A stretch of 61,165 nucleotides of DNA, counting the filler. It is 4 parts of 4 records of this genome, joined end to end, with 100 filler letters (N's around TTAATTAATTAA, not from the genome) between each part and the next. Parts side by side here need not be neighbours in the genome. Positions count along the whole stretch, not along the records: positions 23,245 to 50,607 come from SRR31147125_23350; 3 more parts are not named here. One strand, given 5' to 3'. The notes beneath the pieces were generated by a model. That model saw only the letters and a list, made by a program, of their open reading frames with translations. It did not search any database and was not told where the DNA came from. Shown here piece by piece: positions 29,697 to 41,023 of this stretch (its first letter is position 1; every line of letters begins with the position of its first letter). The position numbers and the translations under genes are program-made.

Positions 29697-30459
29697 GAAG
29701 AAATTTGGGCAAAATTTCTTAACAGATAAAAATTTGTTAAATAAAATAGTAAGACTTGCTCAAGTTGAAAATAAAAACGTCATAGAAGTTGGTCCAGGTC
29801 AAGGTGCATTGACTGCTTTTTTAGTTGATGTTTGTACGCATGTGACAGCATACGAAATTGATACATCTTTAAAGAGATTTTTAAATCCTCTTGAAATTAA
29901 ACATGAGCATTTAGATATTATCTATGATGATTTTATGAAAGTAGATCTTAATGTATCAGAAGAAACACATATTGTAGCAAACGTTCCGTATTATATTACA
30001 ACGCCTATTATTTTTAAGTTTTTAGAAGTGAAACATTTACAATCAGCAACCATTATGATTCAAAAAGAAGTTGCAGATCGTATTAACGCGAAACCGAATA
30101 CGAAAGCCTATAACAATCTATCTGTTCTTTTACAGTATTTTACAAAGGTAGAGAAATTAATGGATGTCAAAAGACATATGTTTACACCTGTGCCAAATGT
30201 TGACAGTATTGTTATTAAATTAACAAAACGAAACTTAGATGTTTTAGATGCACAAGAAGAAAAGTTGTTTATAGATATCGTGAAAACTGCATTCACACAA
30301 AAGCGCAAGACACTTGTTAATAACTTATCACTTTTTGAAGATGTTGAAAAAAGTGATATCATTGCATTTATCGAATCATTAGGATTCAACCCTAACGTTC
30401 GTGCTGAATCACTGTCCATCAATGATTTCGTTAAAATAACGAAAGGATGGAAGAAATGA
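29680..30459 (+). CDS. rsmA: 16S rRNA m6,2A dimethyltransferase (KsgA)
   Basis: KKFGQNFL, EVGPGQG, ANVPYYITTPI. Confidence 0.97.
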   Translation: MRHQAKKKFGQNFLTDKNLLNKIVRLAQVENKNVIEVGPGQGALTAFLVDVCTHVTAYEIDTSLKRFLNPLEIKHEHLDIIYDDFMKVDLNVSEETHIVANVPYYITTPIIFKFLEVKHLQSATIMIQKEVADRINAKPNTKAYNNLSVLLQYFTKVEKLMDVKRHMFTPVPNVDSIVIKLTKRNLDVLDAQEEKLFIDIVKTAFTQKRKTLVNNLSLFEDVEKSDIIAFIESLGFNPNVRAESLSINDFVKITKGWKK

Positions 30460-31277
30460 TTGTAGAAAAAGCGTATGCTAAGATTAACCTTGCATTAGAA
30501 GTTAAAGGTATGCGATCAGATGGGTACCATGACTTAAATATGATTATGATTCCTTTAGAACTTCATGATAGACTTACCTTTGAATTAAGAGATGAAGTAG
30601 GGTTATCATCAAATGTTATGATTGAAAACAATGCGATATTGAAAACAATTTCGTATATGCAAACAAAATATCATATTTCAAAAGGTGTTTTTGTCACTTT
30701 AGAAAAACATATACCTATAGGTGGCGGACTTGGTGGTGGTTCAGCTGACATATCTGCAACACTACGAGGACTTAATCGTTTATGGGAGTTGAATTTATCT
30801 CTAGAAGACTTAGAAGAAGATGCAAATGCACTAGGATCTGATACACTGTTTTGCTTATATAATAAACCAGCATACGTGTATGGAAGAGGAGATAAAATTC
30901 AATTTATTGACGATGTCGATTTTGAGCAAATATATTTGTTTGTACCAGGGATTGAAGTATCAACAAAAACTGTCTTTAAATCATATATTCACCAGAGAAA
31001 AACAAGTCATTTTGATACTTTAATAGAGCATTTAAAAGATAAATCTTACGAAAAATTCTTCGCAAATACGTATAACGACTTACACAAAACTGCAATTTTA
31101 ACTTATAAAAACCTTGAAAAATACGAAAATAAATTAAAAAAACATTGTAAAAACGCATACATGACTGGAAGTGGTTCTACATACTTTTTTGTCAATTTAT
31201 TAGAAAAGCAACCCGATTTTTATAAAAAAATCAAAAAAAATGAACTAAATATCATCAAAACACGCTCAAAAATTTGA
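30456..31277 (+). CDS. ispE: 4-(cytidine 5'-diphospho)-2-C-methyl-D-erythritol kinase
   Basis: AKINLAL..G.R.DGYH, IPIGGGLGGGSAD, MTGSGS. Confidence 0.93.
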   Translation: MIVEKAYAKINLALEVKGMRSDGYHDLNMIMIPLELHDRLTFELRDEVGLSSNVMIENNAILKTISYMQTKYHISKGVFVTLEKHIPIGGGLGGGSADISATLRGLNRLWELNLSLEDLEEDANALGSDTLFCLYNKPAYVYGRGDKIQFIDDVDFEQIYLFVPGIEVSTKTVFKSYIHQRKTSHFDTLIEHLKDKSYEKFFANTYNDLHKTAILTYKNLEKYENKLKKHCKNAYMTGSGSTYFFVNLLEKQPDFYKKIKKNELNIIKTRSKI

Positions 31278-31356
31278 AATATCTTTTAAAAAAAGGCCCA
31301 ATATGCTAAAATATAGGTATAAAACATAAAGTATTTTATGCGTCTCGGAGGGCACA

Positions 31357-31635
31357 ATGAAAATTACAGATGTAAGAGTTAAAGTCGTTCATAGCGAAAG
31401 TAGATTGAGGGGAGTGGCTACGATAACTTTTGATGAAAGTTTCGTCGTACATGACATTAGAATCATTGAAGGAGAAAACGGATTATTTGTTGCTATGCCA
31501 AGCAAGAAAACACCTAATGGAACTTTTAGAGACATCGCGCATCCAATTCATGGTGAAATGCGTAAAATGATTGAAGATGCAATCTCAGCAGAATACCTTG
31601 AAGCGTTAAAACAAGCACCAAGTGACGAAGCCTAA
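31357..31635 (+). CDS. spoVG: SpoVG family nucleic-acid-binding regulator
   Basis: [34 protein letters not shown]. Confidence 0.96.
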   Translation: MKITDVRVKVVHSESRLRGVATITFDESFVVHDIRIIEGENGLFVAMPSKKTPNGTFRDIAHPIHGEMRKMIEDAISAEYLEALKQAPSDEA

Positions 31636-31766
31636 TTATACTCCAAATAGATAAGCTCTTTTTAAGGGCTTTTTATTTTGGGAAAAAGCCGAAAAACTTC
31701 ATATTTTACATTTAAAAAAATATAAAATCATGTATAATAAAAGTAGCAAATACTAGGAGTGAAAAA

Positions 31767-32753
31767 ATGTCAGTTGTATATGGTAAAAAAATTAAATTAT
31801 TTACACTAAGTTCAAACAAACCGCTTGCAGAAAAAGTTGCTGAAGCTGCAGGTGTTGAAATTAGTAAAGTTGATGTATTAAGATTTGCAGATGGAGAGAT
31901 TTCTATTAACATTGAACAAAGTGTTCGTGGACATCATGTGTTTGTTATACAATCAACTTCTAATCCAGCTAACGACCATTTAATGGAATTACTAATTTTT
32001 GCAGATGCAGTTAAACGTGCATCAGCAAAATCAGTTACAGTACTTATGCCATATTATGGTTATTCAAGACAAGATAGAAAGGCAAAATCAAGACATCCAA
32101 TTACAGCTAAGTTAATTGCCGATTTACTTGAAACTGCAGGTATTGATCGTTTAATTTGTATTGATCTACATGCAGCTCAAATCCAAGGGTTCTTCAATAT
32201 TCCTATTGATAATTTCCCTGCAGGACCATTATTAGCTGACTATTTCTTACATCATAAAGGATTAAAAGATAATCTTGTTGTTGTTTCACCTGATCATGGT
32301 GGTGTGACACGAGCAAGAGGGTTTGCAAAAACTTTTGAAGCACCACTTGCGATTATTGATAAGAGAAGACCAGAACCCAATAAAGCAGTTATTCAAAACA
32401 TTATTGGTAACGTTGAGGGTAAAGTGTGTGTCATGATTGATGATATCATTGATACAGCAGGTACACTTTGTGCTGGTGCACAAGCGTTAATTGATGCTGG
32501 TGCTAAAGCTGTATATGCTGCAGCAACGCATGCCGTATTTTCTAGAAACGCGATTGACCGTATTGAAAATTCTGTCATTAAAGAAGTGATTGTTACAGAT
32601 ACGATTCAATTGCCTGAACAAACTCAAAGTTCTAAAATTAAGCAGATTTCTATTGGACAATTACTTGGACAATCTATTCTTCATATTATTAAAGATGAAC
32701 CGATTAGCCAAATATTTGATCAGATTCAACATGAGGAAGAAACATCTCGATGA
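31767..32753 (+). CDS. prs: Ribose-phosphate pyrophosphokinase
   Basis: [37 protein letters not shown]. Confidence 0.98.
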   Translation: MSVVYGKKIKLFTLSSNKPLAEKVAEAAGVEISKVDVLRFADGEISINIEQSVRGHHVFVIQSTSNPANDHLMELLIFADAVKRASAKSVTVLMPYYGYSRQDRKAKSRHPITAKLIADLLETAGIDRLICIDLHAAQIQGFFNIPIDNFPAGPLLADYFLHHKGLKDNLVVVSPDHGGVTRARGFAKTFEAPLAIIDKRRPEPNKAVIQNIIGNVEGKVCVMIDDIIDTAGTLCAGAQALIDAGAKAVYAAATHAVFSRNAIDRIENSVIKEVIVTDTIQLPEQTQSSKIKQISIGQLLGQSILHIIKDEPISQIFDQIQHEEETSR

Positions 32754-33320
32754 GAACTCTTTGTGGGATTAGGCAATCCTGGGAAGAAGTATCAATTTAC
32801 AAGACATAATGTTGGATTTATGGTTATTGATACATATGCAAATAGAAATCAATTAAGTTTTAAATTTGAGTCAAAATTTAATGCAGAAGTAGCAAGCTTT
32901 ACAAAAAATCAAGAAAAAATATTTTTATGTAAGCCTTCGACTTATATGAATCTAAGTGGTGATGCCATCATTAAAATGATGAATTATTATCATATTGATA
33001 TTGAGGATGTATTTGTCTTTGTTGATGATATTAACCTGGATGTCGGTCGTTTAAGACTTAGAGAAAAAGGTGGACATGGAGGACATAATGGATTAAGAGA
33101 CATTATCCAAAAACTTCATTCTAGAGATTTTAAACGTATTCGTATAGGTATTGGTGAACAAAACACAGATCGTTTAGATCATTACGTATTAGGAGAATTT
33201 TCAAAAGATGAATTAATTTCTATCAAACATACAACAGACTTATGTGTTGAAATGATTGATGATGTTCTTCATAACAAAAGTTATTTAGATATAATGACGA
33301 AATTTAACACCCAAACATAA
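32750..33320 (+). CDS. pth: Peptidyl-tRNA hydrolase (extra base just after the ATG at 32750)
   Basis: [31 protein letters not shown]. Confidence 0.95.
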
Positions 33321-33348
33321 GTTTGGGTTTTCATTTTATGGAGGCAAT

Positions 33349-36300
33349 ATGTTAGAATTGTTAAAATTGCATCCTGACTTTTTAGAACATAAAAAAACTG
33401 TTTATTTAAAGCATAGTCACGATGTATATGATGTGTATATGGCAACAAAACTGTTTCATGAAGTTCATGAAACAATTTTTGTCGTTTGTCCAAATTTATA
33501 TGAAGCACAAAAATACTATGATTTATTTAATCAAATCAATGATTATGATGATGTGTTATTTTATCCAGCGGATGAAACACTTACATATATGATGGCACTG
33601 GGTAGCCCTGAGTTTCGTTCAGAGCGTTTGTACACATTAAAACAATTAATGACGGGTAAACCATATATTGTCGTCTTGACACAACAAGGTCTTGCGCAAA
33701 GACAATTAACACCTAATGATTATATGGAAAGTGTCAAACACTTATCTAAAGGTGATATCATCAATGTCACATCATTGATTAGTTACTTAGTTAATAGTGG
33801 ATATGAACGCGTATACACTGTTGAAAAACCGGGTGAGTTTAGTGTGCGCGGGCACATTCTTGATATTTATTCACTTAATCATGCACATCCATTTAGAATT
33901 GATTTCTTTGATGATGAGATTGATGAAATGAGATATTTTCATGTGGACACACAACGTAGTTTTGAGTATATTGAACATATTGAGATTTCACCGATGCATG
34001 AAATATTTTACACATCGGATATGCAAACGTTAGCACTTAATCGCATGAAGAAATATTTTCAAAAATTTGACTTAACTGAAAGAGAACAAGCAAAATTAGA
34101 TGAAGATATCATGCATATTGAGCAACGATCTCAATTAGATGGATTGGGTATGTACATGCAATTTTTTAATCAAGAGGAAACCTCTATATTAGATTTTGCA
34201 TCAGATTATAGGTTGATTTATATTGATGTTGAGAAAATGAAAATGAATCAGCAACAAACAGAAGAAGATTTAAAAACATATGCGATGACAATGAATGGGT
34301 CAGCGTTTTTATCACTACATTACCGGATTGCATTTAATCAATTATTATCATATCCACATATTGATATTGATCATTTAGGATTTAGTCATGATCAAGCCAT
34401 TGATTTAAAAGTCAGTGAAATCAATGAATACCATGGAAATCTATCATTGTTTTATCATGATATGGTGACCTATAAAGACACATACCAAATTTTGATATGT
34501 GCACCAACAAATAGCTATTATCAAGAACTTAATATGTTTTTAAAACAACATGGCGAATATGTGTCTCATGAGATTAAAGATGCACCAGGGTTTTATTTGA
34601 TTGATGATCAAAGTCATGGATCACTGATCGCCCACCAAGACAAAATTATATTGATTGATGAAATACAAATATTCTCAAAACGTCTACGAAAAGCGATTAA
34701 ATATCGTTCAGTATTAAATCAATCATCTAAGATTAGAACAAAAGATGATTTAAATGTTGGTGATTATGTGGTGCATTATGACTATGGTATTGGACGTTAT
34801 GTTGGATTAAAAACCATGGAACTTAGTGGTGAGAAAAGGGATTATCTTCAAATTATTTATGCAGGTGAAGAAACACTGTATGTCCCAATGGATCAAATTG
34901 ATATGGTTTTAAAATATGCAGCACATGACGGTATTAAACCTAAACTATCCAAAATGGGCGGTAAAACTTGGGATAAAACAAAAACAAATGTTAGAAAGAA
35001 AATTAAAGACTTATCTGATCGTCTCATTAAGCTCTATGCAGCAAGAGAACAATCACAAGGATTTTCTTTTGCATCAGATAATGATATGCAAAAACAATTT
35101 GAAAATGATTTTTTATATGAACCAACCAAAGACCAAGTGTCTGCTATACTACAAACCAAAGGTGATATGGAGTCAACTAGACCCATGGATCGCTTGATTT
35201 GTGGTGATGTTGGGTTTGGTAAAACTGAAGTTGCTCTACGTGCAGCTTTTAAAGCAGTTGTTAATCAAAAACAAGTCCTATATTTAGTACCGACAACTGT
35301 ACTTGCGAGACAACATTTTTATACATTTAAAGAACGATTTGAAAAGTATGGTGCAAATATTGCATTAATGAGTCGTTTTGTCACACAAAAGCAGCAAACA
35401 GAAACACTTAAAAAACTAGAAAAAGGTTATGTGGATGTCGTTATTGGTACCCATCGTCTATTATCTAGAGATATTAAATATAAAGATCTAGGTTTACTTA
35501 TTATTGATGAAGAACAACGTTTTGGTGTTGAACATAAAGAAAGAATACGTGAAATTAAACAAAATGTTGATACATTAACATTAAGTGCAACACCTATTCC
35601 AAGAACATTGCAGATGTCACTACTTGGGTTAAAAGATTTATCTATGATTGAAACACCGCCTATGAATCGTTATCCTGTGCAAACATATGTTGTAGAAAGA
35701 CATGATGCACTTGTGAAAGAAGCAATTATGCGAGAAATCGCAAGAGGTGGACAAATCTTTTATTTATTTAATCGAGTTCAAGGCATGGAAGGTATGGTTA
35801 AAAGATTGAACAAACTCGTACCTGAAGCTAAGATTGGTTATGCACACGGGAAAATGAATCGTGAGCAACTAGAAACAACCTTAAGTGAATTTATTGAACA
35901 TGAATTTGATGTATTGGTATCAACAACTATTATTGAAACAGGTGTTGATATTCCAAATACAAATACACTGATTATACATGAAGCTGATCGTCTAGGGTTA
36001 TCACAACTATATCAAATTAGAGGACGAGTTGGTCGTTCTGATCGTATTGCTTATGCTTATTTACTATATGATCCAGGTAAATTAATTAATGATGAGGCAC
36101 AAAAAAGACTCACAGCTATAAAAGATTTTACAGCACTTGGTAGTGGCTATAAAATAGCACTTAGAGATTTATCTATTCGTGGTGCTGGTGATATTCTTGG
36201 TGCTGAACAATCAGGATTTGTTGACAGTGTTGGTGTCGAATTATACATGAAATTGCTTGAAGAAGCCATTACTGGTGAGAAGATAGATGATAAGAGACCA

Positions 36301-36762
36301 ACACAAGTTGATGAGATATTTGCCCCAAGACATGTTGATGAATCATATGTGAGTGAAGATGCTGCCAGAATTGAAATTCATAAACGTATTAGTGAACTTA
36401 ATCATTTAAGTGATGTCAATGATTTAAAAGATGAGCTAAATGATCGATATGGTCAAATAGATGCAGATTTATTATTATACATGTATGAAAAACTTTATAA
36501 GAAGTTATCTTATAAATTTGGTGTTCAAAAAACAATGGTTAGTGCTTATACAACAACCATACAATTAACACAAGAAGCATCAAGTAAACAAAATGGACAA
36601 AGACTTTTTAGAAAAGCAAGTGCATTTAATCCTAAAATTGAGTTAAAATATGAGAGAAGACATATTTATTTAAAAATGCCGACAAAAGATGCTAAACAGC
36701 ATTGGTTATATTTGTTTGCTAAATTTATAGATGAGTATTTAAGTGAAGGAGAAGACATATGA
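33349..36762 (+). CDS. mfd: Transcription-repair coupling factor
   Basis: CGDVGFGKTEVA, DEEQRFG, ATPIPRTL, QIRGRVGRS, RGAGDILG. Confidence 0.98.
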   Translation: MLELLKLHPDFLEHKKTVYLKHSHDVYDVYMATKLFHEVHETIFVVCPNLYEAQKYYDLFNQINDYDDVLFYPADETLTYMMALGSPEFRSERLYTLKQLMTGKPYIVVLTQQGLAQRQLTPNDYMESVKHLSKGDIINVTSLISYLVNSGYERVYTVEKPGEFSVRGHILDIYSLNHAHPFRIDFFDDEIDEMRYFHVDTQRSFEYIEHIEISPMHEIFYTSDMQTLALNRMKKYFQKFDLTEREQAKLDEDIMHIEQRSQLDGLGMYMQFFNQEETSILDFASDYRLIYIDVEKMKMNQQQTEEDLKTYAMTMNGSAFLSLHYRIAFNQLLSYPHIDIDHLGFSHDQAIDLKVSEINEYHGNLSLFYHDMVTYKDTYQILICAPTNSYYQELNMFLKQHGEYVSHEIKDAPGFYLIDDQSHGSLIAHQDKIILIDEIQIFSKRLRKAIKYRSVLNQSSKIRTKDDLNVGDYVVHYDYGIGRYVGLKTMELSGEKRDYLQIIYAGEETLYVPMDQIDMVLKYAAHDGIKPKLSKMGGKTWDKTKTNVRKKIKDLSDRLIKLYAAREQSQGFSFASDNDMQKQFENDFLYEPTKDQVSAILQTKGDMESTRPMDRLICGDVGFGKTEVALRAAFKAVVNQKQVLYLVPTTVLARQHFYTFKERFEKYGANIALMSRFVTQKQQTETLKKLEKGYVDVVIGTHRLLSRDIKYKDLGLLIIDEEQRFGVEHKERIREIKQNVDTLTLSATPIPRTLQMSLLGLKDLSMIETPPMNRYPVQTYVVERHDALVKEAIMREIARGGQIFYLFNRVQGMEGMVKRLNKLVPEAKIGYAHGKMNREQLETTLSEFIEHEFDVLVSTTIIETGVDIPNTNTLIIHEADRLGLSQLYQIRGRVGRSDRIAYAYLLYDPGKLINDEAQKRLTAIKDFTALGSGYKIALRDLSIRGAGDILGAEQSGFVDSVGVELYMKLLEEAITGEKIDDKRPTQVDEIFAPRHVDESYVSEDAARIEIHKRISELNHLSDVNDLKDELNDRYGQIDADLLLYMYEKLYKKLSYKFGVQKTMVSAYTTTIQLTQEASSKQNGQRLFRKASAFNPKIELKYERRHIYLKMPTKDAKQHWLYLFAKFIDEYLSEGEDI

Positions 36763-37940
36763 GTATCGATATTTTAAAAGTCGCAAAAGAAGCACAATTA
36801 AAAAAAGCAGTTAATCCTGATGTGATTAATGCAACCGTTGGGATGTATTATGATGAAGATGGATTTATTGGTGGTATGCCATCTGTGTTTAACGGATTAA
36901 AGTCATTAGATGAAAATCATATGTTACCATATCCTTCAGTTGATGGATCTGAACCATTTAAGTCAAATGTGATGTCATGGGTGTTAGGCAAGTATGAAGA
37001 GAAATTAAGAAATAATCTTTATATGTCTGCATGTGCAACACCTGGTGGAAGTGGTGCTATTGCTGGAACATTTGCAGTTTATGGTCAACCAGGGGAATCA
37101 ATATTTGTTTCAAATATTAGATGGCAGTATGACAGATATGCCGATCGAGCAAAACTAAATATTTTTGAACATCAGTTGTTTAAGGATGAGTCATTTGACT
37201 TAGAAAGTTTTGAACACAGATTAGATATACTTACTGAACAACAAAAACAAGTTATTATTGTTGTTAACGATCCTTGTCAAAACCCTACTGGATATACGCT
37301 ATCAATTGATGAATGGAAATCGATGATATCCATTCTAAATAAATATAATCAAAACGATCTTATCTTTTTATATGATCTCGCTTATCTTGAGTTTAGTGAT
37401 GAAACTGATACAAGGCTAAAAATTTCATATTTAGATAGCCTCGAAAAACATGTGTTAACCATGATTACATTTAGTGGTTCTAAAACTTTTGGTGCATATG
37501 GCCTAAGATTGGGTGCTGCGATTGCTTTATCTAAAGATGAAGGTAAAATACTTCATTTTAAGAAAGCATTTATTAATGAAGCGAGAGGTTCATGGTCAGC
37601 AACACCGACACCAGCTATAGAACTCTTAAATTACTTTTCTATGAAACCTCATCAAGAAGCGTTTTTTAAGGATTTAAGTCATATGAAATCAGTGGTTCAA
37701 AAAAGAAGTTATTTATTTAAAGAACAAGCAGCATCTGTAGGACTTAAGACGTTACCATTTAAAAGCGGCTTCTATATTATCGTAAAATCAGATGATGCAC
37801 AAGAAGCGTTTAAAAAACTGTGTGCACATGATATTTATGCGATACCAATGGCAAATGGAATACGGATTGCTTTATGTAGTTTACCTTTAAAAGAAATTGA
37901 CGGTTTAGCAAACCGTATACAAAAAATATTGTCAAATTAA
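36759..37940 (+). CDS. PLP-dependent aminotransferase class I/II
   Basis: INATVG, NPTGY, DLAY, SGSKTFGAYGLRLG. Confidence 0.9.
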   Translation: MSIDILKVAKEAQLKKAVNPDVINATVGMYYDEDGFIGGMPSVFNGLKSLDENHMLPYPSVDGSEPFKSNVMSWVLGKYEEKLRNNLYMSACATPGGSGAIAGTFAVYGQPGESIFVSNIRWQYDRYADRAKLNIFEHQLFKDESFDLESFEHRLDILTEQQKQVIIVVNDPCQNPTGYTLSIDEWKSMISILNKYNQNDLIFLYDLAYLEFSDETDTRLKISYLDSLEKHVLTMITFSGSKTFGAYGLRLGAAIALSKDEGKILHFKKAFINEARGSWSATPTPAIELLNYFSMKPHQEAFFKDLSHMKSVVQKRSYLFKEQAASVGLKTLPFKSGFYIIVKSDDAQEAFKKLCAHDIYAIPMANGIRIALCSLPLKEIDGLANRIQKILSN

Positions 37941-37979
37941 TATGTTATAATATAAGCAAGAAAAAGGAGCGTTGGTCAT

Positions 37980-38723
37980 ATGACAATTTGGGGCATACCA
38001 TTATGGAAATTTATTGTTGAATTATATATTATTTTCGTATTTGTATTATTTTTAATTAAAGTATTAATGAGCCATAGGAAATTTTTAAGTTTAGGTATTG
38101 TTTATGCACTCATGTTTATTGCATATCAAGCACTTGATTATTTCGAAATATCAATTGCTGCGACTATGCTATTATATTTAGTTGAATGGTTCCCTATAAT
38201 TATTATTGTGATTATGGCACCAGAAATCAGACGCTCACTTGACTTAATATGGAAAAAAGAACAACCTGCTTATTTAGTAGGAAATGATCAAACAAAAGAA
38301 CATATCATTAATGCGACATTCGAATTGTCAAAACAAAAAGTTGGCGCTTTGATAACGATTGAAAAACATAATACACTGGATCAATATGCAGAAAGAGCAA
38401 TCGCTATGCATAGTGATGTTTCCAAAGAGTTATTAATCAATATATTCACACCATTAACACCGCTTCATGATGGCGCAGTCATCATCAGAGGTGATAAAGT
38501 GTTATGTGCGGGTGCTTATTTTGTTTTATCAGAAAATGAACAATATGATAAAACCATGGGATCGAGACATCGCGCAGGACTAGGTATCAGCGAAGTCACA
38601 GATAGTCTTACAATTTTAGTTTCTGAAGAAACAGGCGATGTATCCATTGCAGTTGAAGGTATCTTATTAAAAATGAACGATCGTGATAAGTTATCTGAAT
38701 ATATTCATATGTTTATGAAATAA
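37980..38723 (+). CDS. cdaA: Diadenylate cyclase CdaA/DacA
   Basis: Three TMs, TPLHDGA, GSRHRA, VSEETG. Confidence 0.93.
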   Translation: MTIWGIPLWKFIVELYIIFVFVLFLIKVLMSHRKFLSLGIVYALMFIAYQALDYFEISIAATMLLYLVEWFPIIIIVIMAPEIRRSLDLIWKKEQPAYLVGNDQTKEHIINATFELSKQKVGALITIEKHNTLDQYAERAIAMHSDVSKELLINIFTPLTPLHDGAVIIRGDKVLCAGAYFVLSENEQYDKTMGSRHRAGLGISEVTDSLTILVSEETGDVSIAVEGILLKMNDRDKLSEYIHMFMK

Positions 38724-38730
38724 GGGGTGC

Positions 38731-38910
38731 ATGATGAAAAGTATATTTAAAGTAGTTTTTGAACCATTATATTTTCTATATCAAAGAAGGATATCAGATA
38801 AAATCATTACGTTTCTAAGAAAATATCCATTTTTACAATATTTACTCGCACTACTTATTTCAGTAGCGATATTATATTTTGCTGCTGTAGTTTATGATAT
38901 GGCGGCATAA
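38731..38910 (+). CDS. Small 59-aa membrane protein (absent from the ORF track)
   Basis: AGGGGTG RBS; MMKSIFKVVFEPLYFLYQRRISDKIITFLRKYPFLQYLLALLISVAILYFAAVVYDMAA; fills the gap between cdaA and the next gene. Confidence 0.7.
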   Translation: MMKSIFKVVFEPLYFLYQRRISDKIITFLRKYPFLQYLLALLISVAILYFAAVVYDMAA

Positions 38911-38924
38911 AAAGAGGTTTTTAT

Positions 38925-40505
38925 ATGTTACTACAACATCCAATTTATCCACTTGTCATCACATTATTTACAGTTGTACTTGTGGTGATGCAAAGTATAC
39001 AAAATGAAAAAGTATTGAAATTTAGAATGTTTATTGCTTTCTTTAATGTTGCAGTAGCTATTTTTGCGTTGTCTATCTATGATCAAATGATAGTGGGTGA
39101 TGCATTGTATGAAGAGATATATGTCACTTTTAATTTTATTGTTTATGGCATTTTTCTACTTGTGATATATGCAACATTTAAAACATCAGTATTAAAAGCT
39201 AATCATTACCAATTATTTGTTAAATCTATAAAGAATAGCCGATGGAATGCATATTATGTCGTTGATAAAAAAGAACGCATTAAAGATATCTCATCAAGTT
39301 TATTAATTGAGTTGAATATGGAAAAAGACGAAGTGATTGGGAAAAAACTATTTTCTATATTTAATCAATCAATTAGATTTACCAAATATAATAGTCAAGA
39401 TGTCAATAATAGACAACTTGAAAATTATTACTTAGATTATCGTAAAAATGCTAAAATGGGTGATCAAGAGATCGAAGAGTTATCATTTTTAAATAATGAG
39501 GGTGATCCTGTATTACTTCATATGGTGATGCAACCTGTTTTTGTAATGAATAAATACAGAGGAAGAATATGTGTGGGTGAAAAGAAGACAGACTTTGATT
39601 TGCTCGCAGTTGAAAAAGAATTAAATGATAGAAATAGTGAATTAGAAAGTATAAGACATAAGTTTATTGCAACACTTGATTTAAGTGAAGAAGGATTGTT
39701 CTATATTGATTTAGACGAAAGAAGTATATGGGCAAGTGATTATTTGGTCGAGATGTTAAAACTGCCAGGCAATCTATTAGATTTAACTGATTTTAGAAGA
39801 CTTATAGAAGCTGAAGATTTAAAGAAATATCTTGCTTTACTCGGTGAGTTAAGCATGAATAAGCGACAATATCAGATGTCATATCGACTATTAGTTGAAG
39901 GACGTTATTTATGGTTTAAAGAAAAAGGGATTAGATTATTTGAAGACCAGAACTCATCAACGATTATGGGAACATTAAAACCACAAAAAACAAGACATTT
40001 TCAAGCATCTAATATTGATGAATTAGATTTATTAAAAGATCATAATGATTTTATGCTTCATATGCATAAACTCTTTAAAGATGGTAGATATTTTCAATGT
40101 ATGGTATTTCGATTAAAAAATATGCCTCAAATTAATGAAAACCACGGACGAGAAATCGGTAATATGTTGATGGCAGAGTATATTAAAAAAATGAGAACAA
40201 ACTTTGTATCAGAAAGTGGAGGCATTTTTAGAATCTCTGGTATTGAGTTTGCAGTTATTTTAACAGATCCTAGAAAAATAGATGTATTAGAAAACGGTAC
40301 AGCATCAAATCCAAGTTTCTTAAATATTGACATGCAATATGGATCTATTCATGCAGAACTTGAAGTGTTTGCTGGTATTGCTATCGGTGGTAGTGATGCA
40401 TCTGAAGAACATGAATTATATCAGTGTGCGATTCAAGCCATAAAAGTTTCAGAAAACCCAAGATATAGTGCACAGGTTTGTTATTATAAAGATATTACAG
40501 TATGA
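38925..40505 (+). CDS. Membrane protein with PAS-like domains and a degenerate GGDEF domain
   Basis: Three N-terminal TMs, PAS-like segments, INENHGREIGN and FRISGIEFAV in place of GGDEF. Confidence 0.75.
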   Translation: MLLQHPIYPLVITLFTVVLVVMQSIQNEKVLKFRMFIAFFNVAVAIFALSIYDQMIVGDALYEEIYVTFNFIVYGIFLLVIYATFKTSVLKANHYQLFVKSIKNSRWNAYYVVDKKERIKDISSSLLIELNMEKDEVIGKKLFSIFNQSIRFTKYNSQDVNNRQLENYYLDYRKNAKMGDQEIEELSFLNNEGDPVLLHMVMQPVFVMNKYRGRICVGEKKTDFDLLAVEKELNDRNSELESIRHKFIATLDLSEEGLFYIDLDERSIWASDYLVEMLKLPGNLLDLTDFRRLIEAEDLKKYLALLGELSMNKRQYQMSYRLLVEGRYLWFKEKGIRLFEDQNSSTIMGTLKPQKTRHFQASNIDELDLLKDHNDFMLHMHKLFKDGRYFQCMVFRLKNMPQINENHGREIGNMLMAEYIKKMRTNFVSESGGIFRISGIEFAVILTDPRKIDVLENGTASNPSFLNIDMQYGSIHAELEVFAGIAIGGSDASEEHELYQCAIQAIKVSENPRYSAQVCYYKDITV

Positions 40506-41023
40506 AAAAAGATATAAGAAAAAATATGATGGCAAAAAGAAAAGCTTTAGGCTCATCATTAAAACAAGCATATGATCAATCAATTGTTGATCAAATAAAA
40601 AAAGACAAATGTTTTATTGATGCACGTGTTGTCGCATTTTATATGCCTATGACACATGAGATTGATATATCAGATGTTTATACACCTGATAAAACATTTT
40701 TAATCCCAAGAGTTGATGGGGATCATATGGTTTTTGTTAAATATGAAAAAGATATGGATTTAACAAAAACAAGATTTGGGACACGAGAACCAGCTAAGTC
40801 ATTAGAAGCATATAATAAACATATTGATTATATGATTACACCAGCACTCGCGATATCAAAATCAAATGATCGTATCGGTTATGGTAAAGGTTATTATGAT
40901 CGATATATTGCACAGTTTAGACCGTCTTGTGTGATGGGTGTTATTTATCCATTTCAAGAAATATCATTTAAAGGTGATATAAACGATGAGAAACTAGATG
41001 GCTATATAAAAGGTGAATTATGA
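40502..41023 (+). CDS. 5-formyltetrahydrofolate cyclo-ligase
   Basis: RIGYGKGYYDRY motif. Confidence 0.92.
   Translation: MKKDIRKNMMAKRKALGSSLKQAYDQSIVDQIKKDKCFIDARVVAFYMPMTHEIDISDVYTPDKTFLIPRVDGDHMVFVKYEKDMDLTKTRFGTREPAKSLEAYNKHIDYMITPALAISKSNDRIGYGKGYYDRYIAQFRPSCVMGVIYPFQEISFKGDINDEKLDGYIKGEL

Noticed and set aside
31357-31635. spoVG as evidence of sporulation
   Set aside because: SpoVG is a general nucleic-acid-binding protein found in non-sporulating bacteria; no other spo genes here
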